Assembly: GCA_963726245.1 (NCBI GenBank)
Contig: CAVSBT010000027.1
Location: 1 to 64,000, forward strand
Length of the DNA stretch: 64,000 nt
Direction of reading: 5' to 3'
From: an uncultured Chloroflexia bacterium
GTDB lineage: Bacteria; Chloroflexota; Dehalococcoidia; DSTF01; JALHUB01
Shown: one piece after another, positions 43,998-56,069 of the stretch
Layout of the letters: each line of letters begins with the position of its first letter
How positions within the stretch are numbered: position 1 is the stretch's first letter
Notes under the pieces: model-generated
What the model saw: the letters and a program-made list of their open reading frames with translations, nothing else
The model's database searches: none
What the model was told of the DNA's origin: nothing
Program-made: the position numbers and the translations under genes

Positions 43998-44766
43998 ATG
44001 GCAAGCACGACAAAGCCCAAGATAGGTGTCTGGAAGTTCGCCTCCTGCGACGGCTGCCAGCTCAGCCTCCTCGACTGCGAGGACGAGCTGCTGGCCGTCG
44101 TCGGCGAGGTCGAGATCGCCTACTTCCTGGAGGCATCGCGGGCCGTGGTCAAAGGCCCCTACGACGTGAGCTTTGTGGAGGGCTCCGTCACGACCGCCCA
44201 CGACGCCGAAAGGATCCAGCAGGCGCGCAAGGCCTCGAAGTTGCTGGTGACGATCGGCGCCTGCGCCACCGCCGGCGGCATTCAGGCGCTGCGCAACTTC
44301 ACTGACGTCAAGGAGTACACCAACATCGTGTACGCCAACCCGCAGTACATCAGCACGCTGGAGAAGTCGACTCCCATCTCGGACCATGTGCAGGTGGACT
44401 TCGAGCTCCGCGGCTGCCCGATCAACAAGTACCAACTCCTTGAAGTCGTCAGCGCCGTCCTCAACGGACGGAAGCCCAACGTGCCCCACCACAGCGTCTG
44501 CATCGAGTGCAAGCGCCGGGGCACGGTCTGCGTCATGGTGGCTCACGGGACGCCCTGTCTTGGCCCCGTGACCCACGCCGGCTGCGGCGCCATCTGCCCG
44601 GCCTATCAACGCGGCTGCTACGGATGCTACGGCCCTATGGAGACTCCGAACACGGCCTCCCTCAGCGCCCAATGGAGCCGACTGGGGGTCTCGGAGGCTG
44701 GCCTCGTGCGCGCCTACCGTACCTTCAACACCTACTCCGAAGCATTCCGCGAGGAGAGCCTAGCTC

Positions 44767-44777
<11 letters not shown>
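43998..44777 (+). CDS. hydD: group 3b hydrogenase delta (small) subunit
   Basis: SCDGC, VEGSV, IGACA, RGCP, CLGPVT, CYGC. Confidence 0.9.
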
Positions 44778-46049
<1,272 letters not shown>

Positions 46050-46057
<8 letters not shown>

Positions 46058-46607
46058 TGGGGAGGGTGTAGACGACCGAACCTCCGCGAGAAGCGCCAAG
46101 GCCCGCGTGGTCGTCATCGGCATAGGCAACCTCTACCGCCGGGACGACGCCGCGGGCCTTGTGGTTGCCCAGCGCCTGCGACAGCAGGCACCCGCCGGCG
46201 TGACGGTCATAGAGCACGAGGGCGAGCCTACCGCCCTGCTCGAGGCCTGGAAGGACGCCGGCGCCGTCTTTCTGATCGACGCCGTCTTCTCCGGCGCCGA
46301 GCCGGGGACGATCCACCGGCTCGACGCGCAGGCAGAAGCCATCCCTCAGGAGCTCTTCCGCTTTTCCACGCACGCCATGAGCGTGGCCGAGGCCATCGAG
46401 CTGGCGCGCACCCTGGGCCTGCTGCCACCGAAGCTGGTCGTGTACGGCATCGAGGGGAAGGACTTCGGGACCGGCGCCGGCCTCTCGCCCGAGGTGGAGA
46501 GCGGGGTTCCCGAGCTGGTCGAGCGGGTGCTCCAAGAGCTGCGGGAGGCGAGACCGGGGCGGAGGCCTTATAGCCATCAACAGAATGACTTTGCATCCCG
46601 CCCGTAG
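46050..46607 (+). CDS. hydrogenase maturation protease
   Basis: [29 protein letters not shown]. Confidence 0.9.
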
Positions 46608-46664
46608 GGGCGCAGCATGCTGCGCCCCTACCTATCCGTGGAGGGCTGAAGCCCTCCGCTACAT

Positions 46665-47475
46665 CTAGCGCGGGCTGTCCGAGAAGTCGATGAAGGCGAC
46701 GGGCACGCCACAGGTCGCGCTGGGGTGCACGCTGCAGATGCGGCCGCCCTGGAGCGCCGGGTGCGGCTCCCCCGCCGGCAGCCCTCTCGCCCTCAGCGAG
46801 GCCGCCAGCTCATCGATTCCCTTCACCTCGAAAGCCAGGCCCGCGACCCGGCCCGTGCCCGGCTCGCCGCGCTCCAACGGCCCGATGAGCTCCAGGATGA
46901 CGTCGCCCGGCCGCAGGAAGGCGAAGCGCCGCGACCCCCGCTCCATGGTGCGCTTGGTGGCGACGCCGAAGTACTCCTGGAAGCGCCGGCAGGCGGCCTC
47001 CACGTCCGGCAGGTGCAGCACGACGTGGTCGATGCGCTTGATGGGCCCCATCGGCGGCGGGTCCGCCGTCCGGCGCCAGCGGCTGCACCACCTGGAACAG
47101 CGCCCCGTCCAGCGCCTCCGGGGCCAGTCGACAGACGCGGCCGGTGAACCCCGTCAGCGGCTCCGGGTCGAGAAGAGGCACCCCCATCGCACGCAAAGCG
47201 GCCGCCTGCGAGTCCACGTCATCGCTCCAGAGCGCAACGTGGTGCAGACCCTCGCCGCGCTCAGCGATGTGGCGGGCTAAGGGCGACTCCTCCTCGCTGG
47301 GCTCGACCAGCTCCAGGTAGCTTCCGCCGACGGCCAGCAGTGCCGACCGCGCGCGCAGGCCCGGAACAGCCCCCTCCTTCACCAGGGGAAGCCCGAGGGC
47401 ATCGCGGTAGAAGGCGCAGGCGGCCTCCAGGCTGCGCACCGCCACACCCACGTGGTGCACGTCCAGGATCATCAC
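46665..47475 (-). CDS. tandem VOC/glyoxalase (methylmalonyl-CoA epimerase-like) protein (frameshift near 47060)
   Basis: HHVGVAV, ELVEP, GEGLHHVA; second domain IDHVV, ELIGP, HPSATCGV. Confidence 0.8.
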
Positions 47476-47479
47476 GGCC

Positions 47480-49817
47480 TCACGGAGCCAGCACGACGCC
47501 CTTCGCGATCAGCTCCTCGACGCGCGAAGGCTCGAGGCCGAACTCGAGCAGGAGCTCGCGGCTGTGCTGGCCGAGAACGGGCGCTGCCCTTTCCAGGCGC
47601 ATGCTGCGACGCTGCCACTTGACGATGCGCCCCGTCTGGCGAACCGGCCCATAGACTGGGTGCTCCACCTCCCACCAGAGGATCATTGGCCTTCAGGTGC
47701 TCGTCGTCGAACAGGTCCGCTATCGTAAGGCAGGGGGCGCAGGGCACGCCCTTCTCGACCAGGGCTTGCACCGTCTCCTGCCTCTTTCGCCCGGCGAAGA
47801 ACGCCTCCAGGGCGGAGGCCGCGTCGCCTTGCACCGGCGCCTGGAGCAGAGCGGCGACGCTGCCGGGCGCGAGCGCTCCTTCCGTGGCCTGCACCAGGGC
47901 CGTCGCCTGGCCGGCCGTGCGGACCGCCAGGAAGAGCCAGCCGTCGGCGCACTTGTAGACGCGGTAGAGGGCGGAAAGGCCGAGGAGATTGGGGCCTCCA
48001 GGAGGGTCAGGGGGCCGTCCCCGGTAGCGGATGAACTCGCCTGCCTGGGCGGCCATGGCGTTGTCGGCGAGACAGGACTCGACAAGCTGCCCGCGGCCCG
48101 TGCGCTCGCGGGCGTGGAGGGCGGCGATGACGCCGTAGGCGGCCATGAGAGCTGTGATGAAGTCGCAGGTGGCAATCTGGTAGTAGACAGGCTCCTCGCC
48201 TTCGCCTCCCTGCGCCCTCATAAGACCGGAACGGGCCTGCAGAAGCGGGTCGAAGCCCGGCCATCCCGCCATGGGGCCAGACGGGCCAAAGGGGGTCAGC
48301 GAGCAGCAGATGATGCGTGGGTTTATGGCGCTGAGAGTATCGTAGTCTATCCCGAGGCGCTGAACGACACCGGCCCGAAAGTTGTCGGTGACCACGTCGG
48401 CCTTGCGCACCAAATCGTAGAATGCCTCACGCCCTTCGGGCCGCTTCAGGTCGAGGGCCAGGCTCAGCTTGCCACGGTTCACACCCAGGAAGCCGATGGC
48501 GAACGCCCGCCAGGGGTCGCCGTCCAGGGGCTCGACCTTGATGACGCTGGCGCCCAGGTCCGACAGGAGCATGCCGTTGTAGGGCCCGGCGTAGATCGTC
48601 CCCAGGTCGAGCACCGTGACGCCGTCGAGCGGCGCCCCGCCAGAGCGCCTGCCGCCAGCGGGAGGGAGCGCTGCGGCCGCAGGCGGCCAGGGATGGGAGC
48701 GAAGCTCCTGGTTGTGCTGGCCAAGCGTAGGCGCGGGGCCGCGGATGCCGCCGGGCGTGCCTCGAAGCGAGATGGGCACTCCCATCTGCACCGTAGGGCC
48801 GACCTCCGGGTCGTCGATCTCCACCCGCATGCCGTTCTCGATAATCTGCGGGTCCTGGAGGTACTCGTCGCGGGTCAGGACCGGCCCGACAGGGACGTCG
48901 GCCTCGCGCAGGAAGTCCAGCCAGTGCTGGCGAGGCTCCGTAGCGAACGTCGCGGCCAGGCGGTCCGACAGCTCCTGCCGGTCCTGCGGCTCGGGAATGG
49001 CGATGGGCGCGCCCTGGAATCGGGGGTCGACCAGGTATTCGTCCAGGCCCATAGCGAGGGCCAGCTTCGTCCAGAAGACGGGCGTAAGGCAGGCCAGCAT
49101 CAGCCATTCGCCGTCGCGCGCCCGGTACACGCGATAGGTCGGGAAGGGGCCCTTGGGGTCGCCGCGGCCGCCGGCCAGGCGGATCACGTCGAGGGCGCCG
49201 AGGGGGACGAGGTAGGTGCTGGTCTCCAGGGCAAAGGCGCCACCCAGCCCTGAGACCTCGATGTGGTCGCCACGGCCGCTACGGCTGCGGTCGAAGAGAG
49301 TGGCGGCGATGGCGCCGGCCGCCAGGATGCCCGTCGCATAGCCGACGACGGGCACGACAAGGAAGACGGGCGATTCGCTGTACGACCACTGCACGCCGAG
49401 AACGCCGGTGGCTGCGGCGACCAGGGTGTCGTCAGGCTCCAGGCCCGCCCAGGGACCCTTCGAACCGTAGAGGGGGATGGAGCAGTACACGATCTCGGGG
49501 TTGCGCTGCGAGAGGCGGGCGTAGTCGATGCCCAGTTCCCCGGCTTTGCCCTGGAGCTGGTCCACCAGCACCACGTCGGCGGCGGAGGCCAGCTCCTGGG
49601 CCGTGGCGCGGCCCTCCGCACGGGTGAGGTCGAGGACGATGCCCCGCTTGCTGCGATTCAGGACGTGGAATGCGGCGGTGCCACGGGCACGGTCGCCGGC
49701 GAGGGGTTCCACCTTGAGGACATCGGCGCCCTGCTCGGCGAGGAGCAGGCTCGCGTAGGGACCGGCCGTGCCCTGCGTGAAATCGACGATACGGATCCCC
49801 TCGAAGGCGCCGGCCAT
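47480..49817 (-). CDS. family III CoA-transferase with tandem CaiB/BaiF domains (frameshift near 47686)
   Basis: Two repeats of GIRIVDF/GVTVLDL..GP..GA.V.KVEP..GD, NR.K..LDL, AP.LGQH. Confidence 0.9.
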
Positions 49818-49829
49818 CTTCGTCCGCTA

Positions 49830-50240
49830 CTAGGCCCCAACCTCGGACGTGCAGAATGCGCAGCGCCGGGCCTCGAGCGGGATTTCGCTGAGGCACTCCG
49901 GGCACTTGCGCGTGGTGGGGTCGGCCGGCGGTTCACGCCGGGCCCGCGAGATGAGGGCGTTTATCGGCGTGACGACGAAGAAGAAGACCGCGGCGGCTAT
50001 CGAGATGAATGTGATGACCTTGTTGACGAAGTCGCCGTACCGGAATGTGCTGCCGTGGATCTTGAAGTCTAAGGCGGAGAAGTCCGCCTGGCCGGCGACG
50101 GCGGCGATGAGGGGCGTGATGAAATCCTGGACCAAGGCCGTGACCACGGCGCCAAAGGCGGCGCCGATTACCACTGCCACCGCCAAGTCTACGACGTTGC
50201 CCCTGAGCAGGAATTGCTTGAAGTCATTGAGCAGCTTCAT
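49830..50240 (-). CDS. mscL: large-conductance mechanosensitive channel with C-terminal Zn-ribbon-like tail
   Basis: FKQFLLRGNVVDLAVAVVIGAAFG; CPEC..CAFC tail. Confidence 0.93.
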   Translation of the reverse strand: MKLLNDFKQFLLRGNVVDLAVAVVIGAAFGAVVTALVQDFITPLIAAVAGQADFSALDFKIHGSTFRYGDFVNKVITFISIAAAVFFFVVTPINALISRARREPPADPTTRKCPECLSEIPLEARRCAFCTSEVGA

Positions 50241-50334
50241 TGTCCCCTCCTTGCGTTGGTGGCTTGGACCACCCAGTCGCAAGGGGATTCTAAGATGCTC
50301 CTTGATGGTTGGCAACCGGCAGCAGTGGGGTCAG

Positions 50335-50616
50335 CTATTCCCGCCCTGGGAGGGCTCGCTTCGCCTCTTCTTCCATGTTGTCAAGCCGGGTGTAGTAGTC
50401 AGGGAACTCGTTCAGGTGGGCCAGGGCGATCTTGGCGGTGAGGACAGGGTCATCGTGCGTCACATCCGTGCGGGGGTCGCGCTGACCGTGCTCCAGTTCC
50501 ACTTCGAGGCCCATGAGGAACTGCCCGACATCAAACGGGCTCTTGCTCCAATCGATGCCGATCGCTTCGCCCAGGCGTCGAGCTTCCTCGGCTGTGAATC
50601 GCCTCGTGACGCCCAT
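50335..50616 (-). CDS. DUF5661-like small protein
   Basis: IGIDW, GLEVELEHG, KIALAHLNEFPDYYTRL. Confidence 0.8.
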   Translation of the reverse strand: MGVTRRFTAEEARRLGEAIGIDWSKSPFDVGQFLMGLEVELEHGQRDPRTDVTHDDPVLTAKIALAHLNEFPDYYTRLDNMEEEAKRALPGRE

Positions 50617-50651
50617 GTTGGCCTCCTGCGGGTGCGGCTGAGCCGCCTTTG

Positions 50652-51500
50652 TCACTTGAGTTGCGTCGGCTCCAGCGACCAGTCGCCTGTCACCTCGTCG
50701 AAGGACCCCCAGACGGCGCTGCCCGCCGGACCCAGCAGGCCGGCCCACGGCTCTCCCGCGTCGGCGCTCACGGTCGCCGAGCCCGGCGTCGTCACCGTCC
50801 GCCGCTCGCCCGAGGCCACGGTGTCAACCTCCAGGATAGTTGGCCCCTGCCCCGGCGGCAACAGTTGAAAGGCAACGGGGCTCTGCCCCCCTGTCGCCGG
50901 CGCAGCGCTGCCTTTGGCGGTGAAGGCGACCTCCATCACGGTTCGTCCCTCGCTGACGACGCGGCCCATCCAGCCACCGCCTTGCTCCTCCAAAGTGATC
51001 TGGTCGGCCACATACTTGGGGAAGCCGATCGAGCGGCCGCCCACGTTGGCCGTTTCATCATCGACGGGCATCGTTAGTACGTGCCAGCCGGTGCGGCCCT
51101 GGTACTTGCACTGGAGCGCCACATAGCCCTCACGGTAGGGCACGAGCGGCAAGGTCACATCGTAGTAGTCAGCGACAATGACTGCGACCAAGGGTTGGTC
51201 GGGCATGTCGAACGATTCGGGGAGAAGCGAGCGGTACAGCGCCAGGTCCGCCGGTGGGAAGGCGGCGGTGATGTCGCGCTGGCCCTGGAAGCTCCACGGG
51301 CGCCGGTCCTGCGGCGTGGGCGCCGGCGTCGCCGGTGGGTCGGCGGTCACGGTCGCCTCCGGAGTGCTTGACTGTCCTTCTCGTCGTCGCCACCGCAGCC
51401 CGCAATGGAGAGGCTGACGAGCAGCAACGAGGGCGATGGCCGCCAGGCAGACCGCCGATCGTCGAGGGATGATGTCGCGGGCGGAATGCCACGGTCGCAT
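50652..51500 (-). CDS. acetoacetate decarboxylase family protein with probable lipoprotein signal
   Basis: PYREG, MPVDD, GRSIGFPKY; an alternate frame near 51400 gives the LSIAGCGGDD lipobox (compensating frameshifts). Confidence 0.7.
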   Translation of the reverse strand: MRPWHSARDIIPRRSAVCLAAIALVAARQPLHCGLRWRRREGQSSTPEATVTADPPATPAPTPQDRRPWSFQGQRDITAAFPPADLALYRSLLPESFDMPDQPLVAVIVADYYDVTLPLVPYREGYVALQCKYQGRTGWHVLTMPVDDETANVGGRSIGFPKYVADQITLEEQGGGWMGRVVSEGRTVMEVAFTAKGSAAPATGGQSPVAFQLLPPGQGPTILEVDTVASGERRTVTTPGSATVSADAGEPWAGLLGPAGSAVWGSFDEVTGDWSLEPTQLK

Positions 51501-51559
51501 ACGGCTTCCTCCTGTCGCGGTCCTTTTCAATTGCCGGCGAGGACGGTCGGCGGGAGGCC

Positions 51560-51871
51560 CTACCCTAGACGATGGGCCATGTGATGCCCGACCACGTGGG
51601 CCGGAGCCCCGGAGGGAGCCGTCCCCGGCTGGTATCCCTGCTCTCCCTGGAACTCGGGGGCGGCGATCTTGGCCGGCAACCACTCGACGCGCAGGTTGTC
51701 GAGCCTTTCACCCACGATCTCAATCGACTCCTCGCGCATCTCACCCAGCCCCATCTCGTAGGCCATTCCGAGCTGCTTCACGGCGGCGACGTCGTGGCTT
51801 ATAACGCGGGCCGCAGTCGCGTCGGCGGCTACCAGGTCAGTGCTGGCGAGGAGGAGCCAGGAAGAGAGCAA
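51560..51871 (-). pseudogene. C-terminal fragment of a DUF362-like protein
   Basis: LASTDLVAADATAARVI...LGMAYEMGLG...IEIVG; no upstream part or RBS. Confidence 0.5.
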
Positions 51872-52053
51872 CGATTGCCTTGGGAAGCCAAGTACTGCCC
51901 GCCTCTCGGCTCGGTCAAGCGGACAAGCGGCCCGTGATTAGGGCATCCCAACCTCATCCCGCCGAAGGCCGGGCCGCCTTCCTCGCGGGAGCGAAGTCTG
52001 GCACACTGGAGTAGAGGGGGCAGCGGCAGACTTCCGAAGCAAAGGAGTGAGCC

Positions 52054-52551
52054 ATGAGCTGGTTGGAGCACGCGCGGTCGCTGATTGCCTACAACGAATG
52101 GGCCAATCAGAAGGTGCTGGAGGCCGCCGCCGCGTTGAGCGAGGAGGAGTTCGGGCGAGAGGTGAGCGGCAGCCATGAGAGCGTGCGCAGGACCCTTGTC
52201 CACATGGTGAGGGTGCAGGCGTGGTGGCTCTCGGTGCTCAACGGCAAGCCGGAGGCGTCGTCTCCGCCGGATGAGCGCATGCCGTTCGAGGAGGTCAGGC
52301 AGTGGTTCGCGCGGTCCCACGACGACTTGAAGGCGTATGCCGCGGGACTGACCGAGGAGCGGCTGGATGCGGAAGTGTCGGCTTACCATCCGCAGGAACA
52401 GAAGGAGTACCGCTGGCCGTCGTGGGAACTACTTAGCCACCTCGTCAACCACGGTTCGCATCACAGGGCGGAGGCGGGCATCATGCTGGCATCGCTGGGG
52501 CACACGCCGGGCGATCTGGACTTCATATACTACGTGGTGCAACGAGGATAG
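52054..52551 (+). CDS. DinB family protein
   Basis: YNEWAN, TLVHM, HLVNHGSHHRA, PGDLD. Confidence 0.9.
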   Translation: MSWLEHARSLIAYNEWANQKVLEAAAALSEEEFGREVSGSHESVRRTLVHMVRVQAWWLSVLNGKPEASSPPDERMPFEEVRQWFARSHDDLKAYAAGLTEERLDAEVSAYHPQEQKEYRWPSWELLSHLVNHGSHHRAEAGIMLASLGHTPGDLDFIYYVVQRG

Positions 52552-52673
52552 GCGTAAGCGGCCGCTGGTCGACGGGCCTGCGGGCTGCGCGATCAGCGTG
52601 GTTCGCCAACACCCCTGCCAGGAGGTCCAATCCAGGCCAAAGCGTCTGCCCGTCTATGCGCCCCGGCGCTGCG

Positions 52674-53084
52674 CTACTCTGACCGGTGGGTGAACGGCAG
52701 TTCGAGGTACCTGACACTCTCCGGCTCTATCACGAGGGCTATGCGGCCCGGCCCGCGAATTGGGAACGGCTCCCCTGTGTACTTGCGGGATATGACGTCC
52801 ATTACCCGACAGTCCTCATCTGGCCGCTGTTCAACAACCCGCCCTCGAATCATCGCCGTTCGGTATGGGTTCACACGGTCCGTTATCGACAGAGCAACGC
52901 GCGGATCGCGCCGGCTGTTTCTGGCCTTTGCGGTACCATGACCGGTCCCCACGAGTATCCTGTCCCCTTCCAGGCCGACCCACACGGCGACACTTTGGGG
53001 AGCGCCGTCTTTCATCACCGTCGCGAGGTGCGCATAGTTCGGAGCTTCTAGCAGAGCGCGAGCTTCCTTCGGTAGTTCGACCAA
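52674..53084 (-). CDS. PPOX class probable F420-dependent oxidoreductase
   Basis: AHLATVMKDGAPQ, KARN..RDPRVALSI, IRGRV, KYTG. Confidence 0.85.
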   Translation of the reverse strand: MVELPKEARALLEAPNYAHLATVMKDGAPQSVAVWVGLEGDRILVGTGHGTAKARNSRRDPRVALSITDRVNPYRTAMIRGRVVEQRPDEDCRVMDVISRKYTGEPFPIRGPGRIALVIEPESVRYLELPFTHRSE

Positions 53085-53267
53085 TTCTCACCTCCTCTTC
53101 CGCGACCACGAGCGCCCCGACCTCCTAACGTGGCCGGCTGCTCCGGCGGAAACGTGGACATCAGGGTAGCAAGGATCGCAGTCGGAGGCCAGCGCGGCCG
53201 CAATCACGGACAGCCGGGCATATGAGACTGAACATAAACCCGCGCTAGTGTCGGGCCGATCATCATT

Positions 53268-56013
53268 ATGAGAGCAATTGGAAGAGCGAAGAACGCTGAT
53301 ACCTCACCCGTCGGTTGGCGCTCCTGGCGGTGGCAATGGCCGCCTCTGCCCTATTGTTCGTTTCATGGCTCACGATCCGGCCGTTCGGGCACACCGCAGT
53401 CGTGGCCATGTCCGACCTGGGAATGGTGGCAGCAGCGGCTGCGGCGTCAGGGCTCGCATTCCTGGCCGCCGCAAGGAGCACGGGGCGGGTACGGGCCGCC
53501 TGGTTCTTCATAGCAGCCGGCCTGGCCTCGTGGTCGTTTGCCGAGATGATCTGGTCGACCTACGAGCTGTTCCTCGGGCAGGAGACCCCCTTCCCGTCTA
53601 TGGCCGACGTGTGGTACCTGGCCGCTGTGCCGTTGACATGTGTCGGAGTCCTGCTTCTCGCTTCGCCTGAGCGGTCACTTGCGCGCGCCCGCACGGCTCT
53701 AGACGCTGTCGCCATGGTTTTCGCGGCCTCGGCGGTGGTATGGCACGAGATCCTGCTGCCAACCTATTCCGATAGCCAGGCGACCGCCCTCGAGAAGATC
53801 ATTGGTGGCAGCTACCCCCTTGGTGACCTAATCCTCTTCTTTGGATTGGTGATCGCTCTGGCCCACAACCGTCGTGGCCACGCCGGCGCAGTCATAGCCG
53901 TCTTTGCGTCAGGGCTTGGGCTCTTCCTGCTTTCCGACCTTGCGTACGCTCACCTCGGGCTCTCCGACGCGTATTCCGCTGGGTCGCCCGTGGATTTCGG
54001 CTGGACGTTCGGCTACCTCTTGATGGGATACAGCGCAGCATTGCACGCTGAGTGGAGACCGGACTACGCCGTGCCGCGAGACGACGCGCAACCGCTCGAG
54101 GCATGGCGACAGGCTATACCACTCGGGCTTGCGGCACTGATGTTTGCACAGCTCATCTTTATCGGCAGCCGCGCGTCTCTTGTCGACGACATCCCTTCCC
54201 TCATCCTGATTGGCATCGTGCTTACCGCGGTACTGGTGCGGCAGGCTGTGGTCCTCTACGACAACGCGGGTCTGAACCGGGCTCTCGCTGCCGCCGGCGA
54301 GAAGCTCGAGGCCAGGGTGCAGGAGCGCACGCAGGCACTCTCCCAGCTTGTCTCGATCCTGGAGGCGACAACGGACCTGGTTGCAACCCTGAGCTACAGA
54401 GGGCACTCCCCTGTACCTCAACCGCGCCGGTCGGAGGATGCTGGGTATCGGCGAGGACGAGGAGCTCACCGGGTGGACTGCGCTGAGCCTCTATCCAGCG
54501 TGGGTCGAGACCAACCATCGAGCAACTGGCGCTACCCGGCGCCCTTGAGAACGGCTCCTGGCAAGGGGAGACTGCGCTCCTCACTCGAGACGGGAGGGAG
54601 ATTCCGGTCTCGCAGGTCATCCTCGCCCACCGGGCGCCGGATGGCTCGCCGCAGTTCTTCTCCACTATCGCCCGCGACATCAGCGAGCGTAAGGACTTCG
54701 AGTCCAAACTCCTCCGCTTGGCGAGCCACGATGCCCTTACAGACCTATTCAATCGCCAGCGATTCGAGGAGGAAGTCGAGCTCGAGATGGCGAAGGTGAA
54801 GCGGTTCAAGAGCCAGGCCGCTGTCCTGTCCATCGACCTGGACAGGTTCAAGTACATAAACGACAGCCTTGGCCACCGAGCCGGCGACGAGCTCCTGATG
54901 CAGGTCGCGCACGCCTTGCGCGGGGAGCTCCGGGAGATCGATGTGCTTGCGCGCTTGGGTGGCGACGAGTTCGGAGTGCTTCTGACACAGAGCACCAGGT
55001 CAGACGCTGAGGCTGCAGCAGCCCGTATTGTCGCCGCCGTCCGCGACCAGAAGTTGATCTCCGACGGCCAGACGGTGAGCGTGACGACTAGCATTGGCAT
55101 CGCCGTCGCCCCCAAGCACGGGAGGACAGTGGAAGACCTGCTGGCCCATGCCGACATGGCGCTGTACCAGGCGAAGGAGAATGGAAACGGATTCCAGCTC
55201 TATTCGAAGGACTCAGTCACAAAGGCCGCGTTTGGCGCGCAGTTGATGTGGGAACGGCGGATCCGGCAAGCGCTCGACGAGGACGGCTTCGTGCTGCTCG
55301 TGCAGCCTATCCACAACCTCCGGACCGGCGCCGTGCAGTACGAAGCACTGCTGCGAATGGTCGACACGGATGGGCAACTCCTACCGCCGCAAGAGTTCCT
55401 TTCCGTGGCCGAGCGGACACAGCTCATCCACGCCATCGACCGATGGGTGGTGCGCCAGTCGATCAAAGTCATCGCCGCCTGCGAGGCTCGAGGGCAAACC
55501 GTGCATCTTGAAGTGAACCTGTCGGGCAAGGCATTCGTGGACGAAGAGCTGTTGCCGTTGATCCGGCGGGAGATTAAGTCCACGGGCATCGCGGCAAGCA
55601 GCCTCATCTTCGAAATCACGGAAACCGCCGCCATCGCGAACATCAATGAGGCCCGGCAGTTCATCGAAGCGCTCAAGCCCATGGGCTGCGGGTTCGCCCT
55701 CGACGACTTTGGCGTCGGATTCTCCTCGCTCTACTACCTCAAACACCTTCCTGTGGATTACTTGAAGATCGACGGGAGCTTCATTCGTAACCTCCCCAAC
55801 GACGTCTCCGACCAGCACCTCGTCCGGTCGCTGGTCGAACTGGCGCACGGCTTGGGGAAGCAGACGATCGCCGAGTGGGTGGAAGACGAACGAACGGTAG
55901 AACTGCTGCGACAGTTTGGCGTTGACTTTGGCCAGGGCTACTACCTGGGCATGCCCGCACCGATTGACACCACGCTAGGGGTGCTGCCGTCGGACATCGC
56001 CAAGGCGGCGTAG
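53268..56013 (+). CDS. membrane sensor-PAS-GGDEF-EAL protein (frameshifts near 53300, 54400 and 54510)
   Basis: About 9 TM helices with PFPSMAD and YPLGD; RDISERK; GGDEF; YEAL; FEITE; DDFG. Confidence 0.88.
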
Positions 56014-56069
56014 AGACGTGCCGCTACACCATCCGACCGCGGCGCGCGCCGCCGATAATAGATGTGGCT

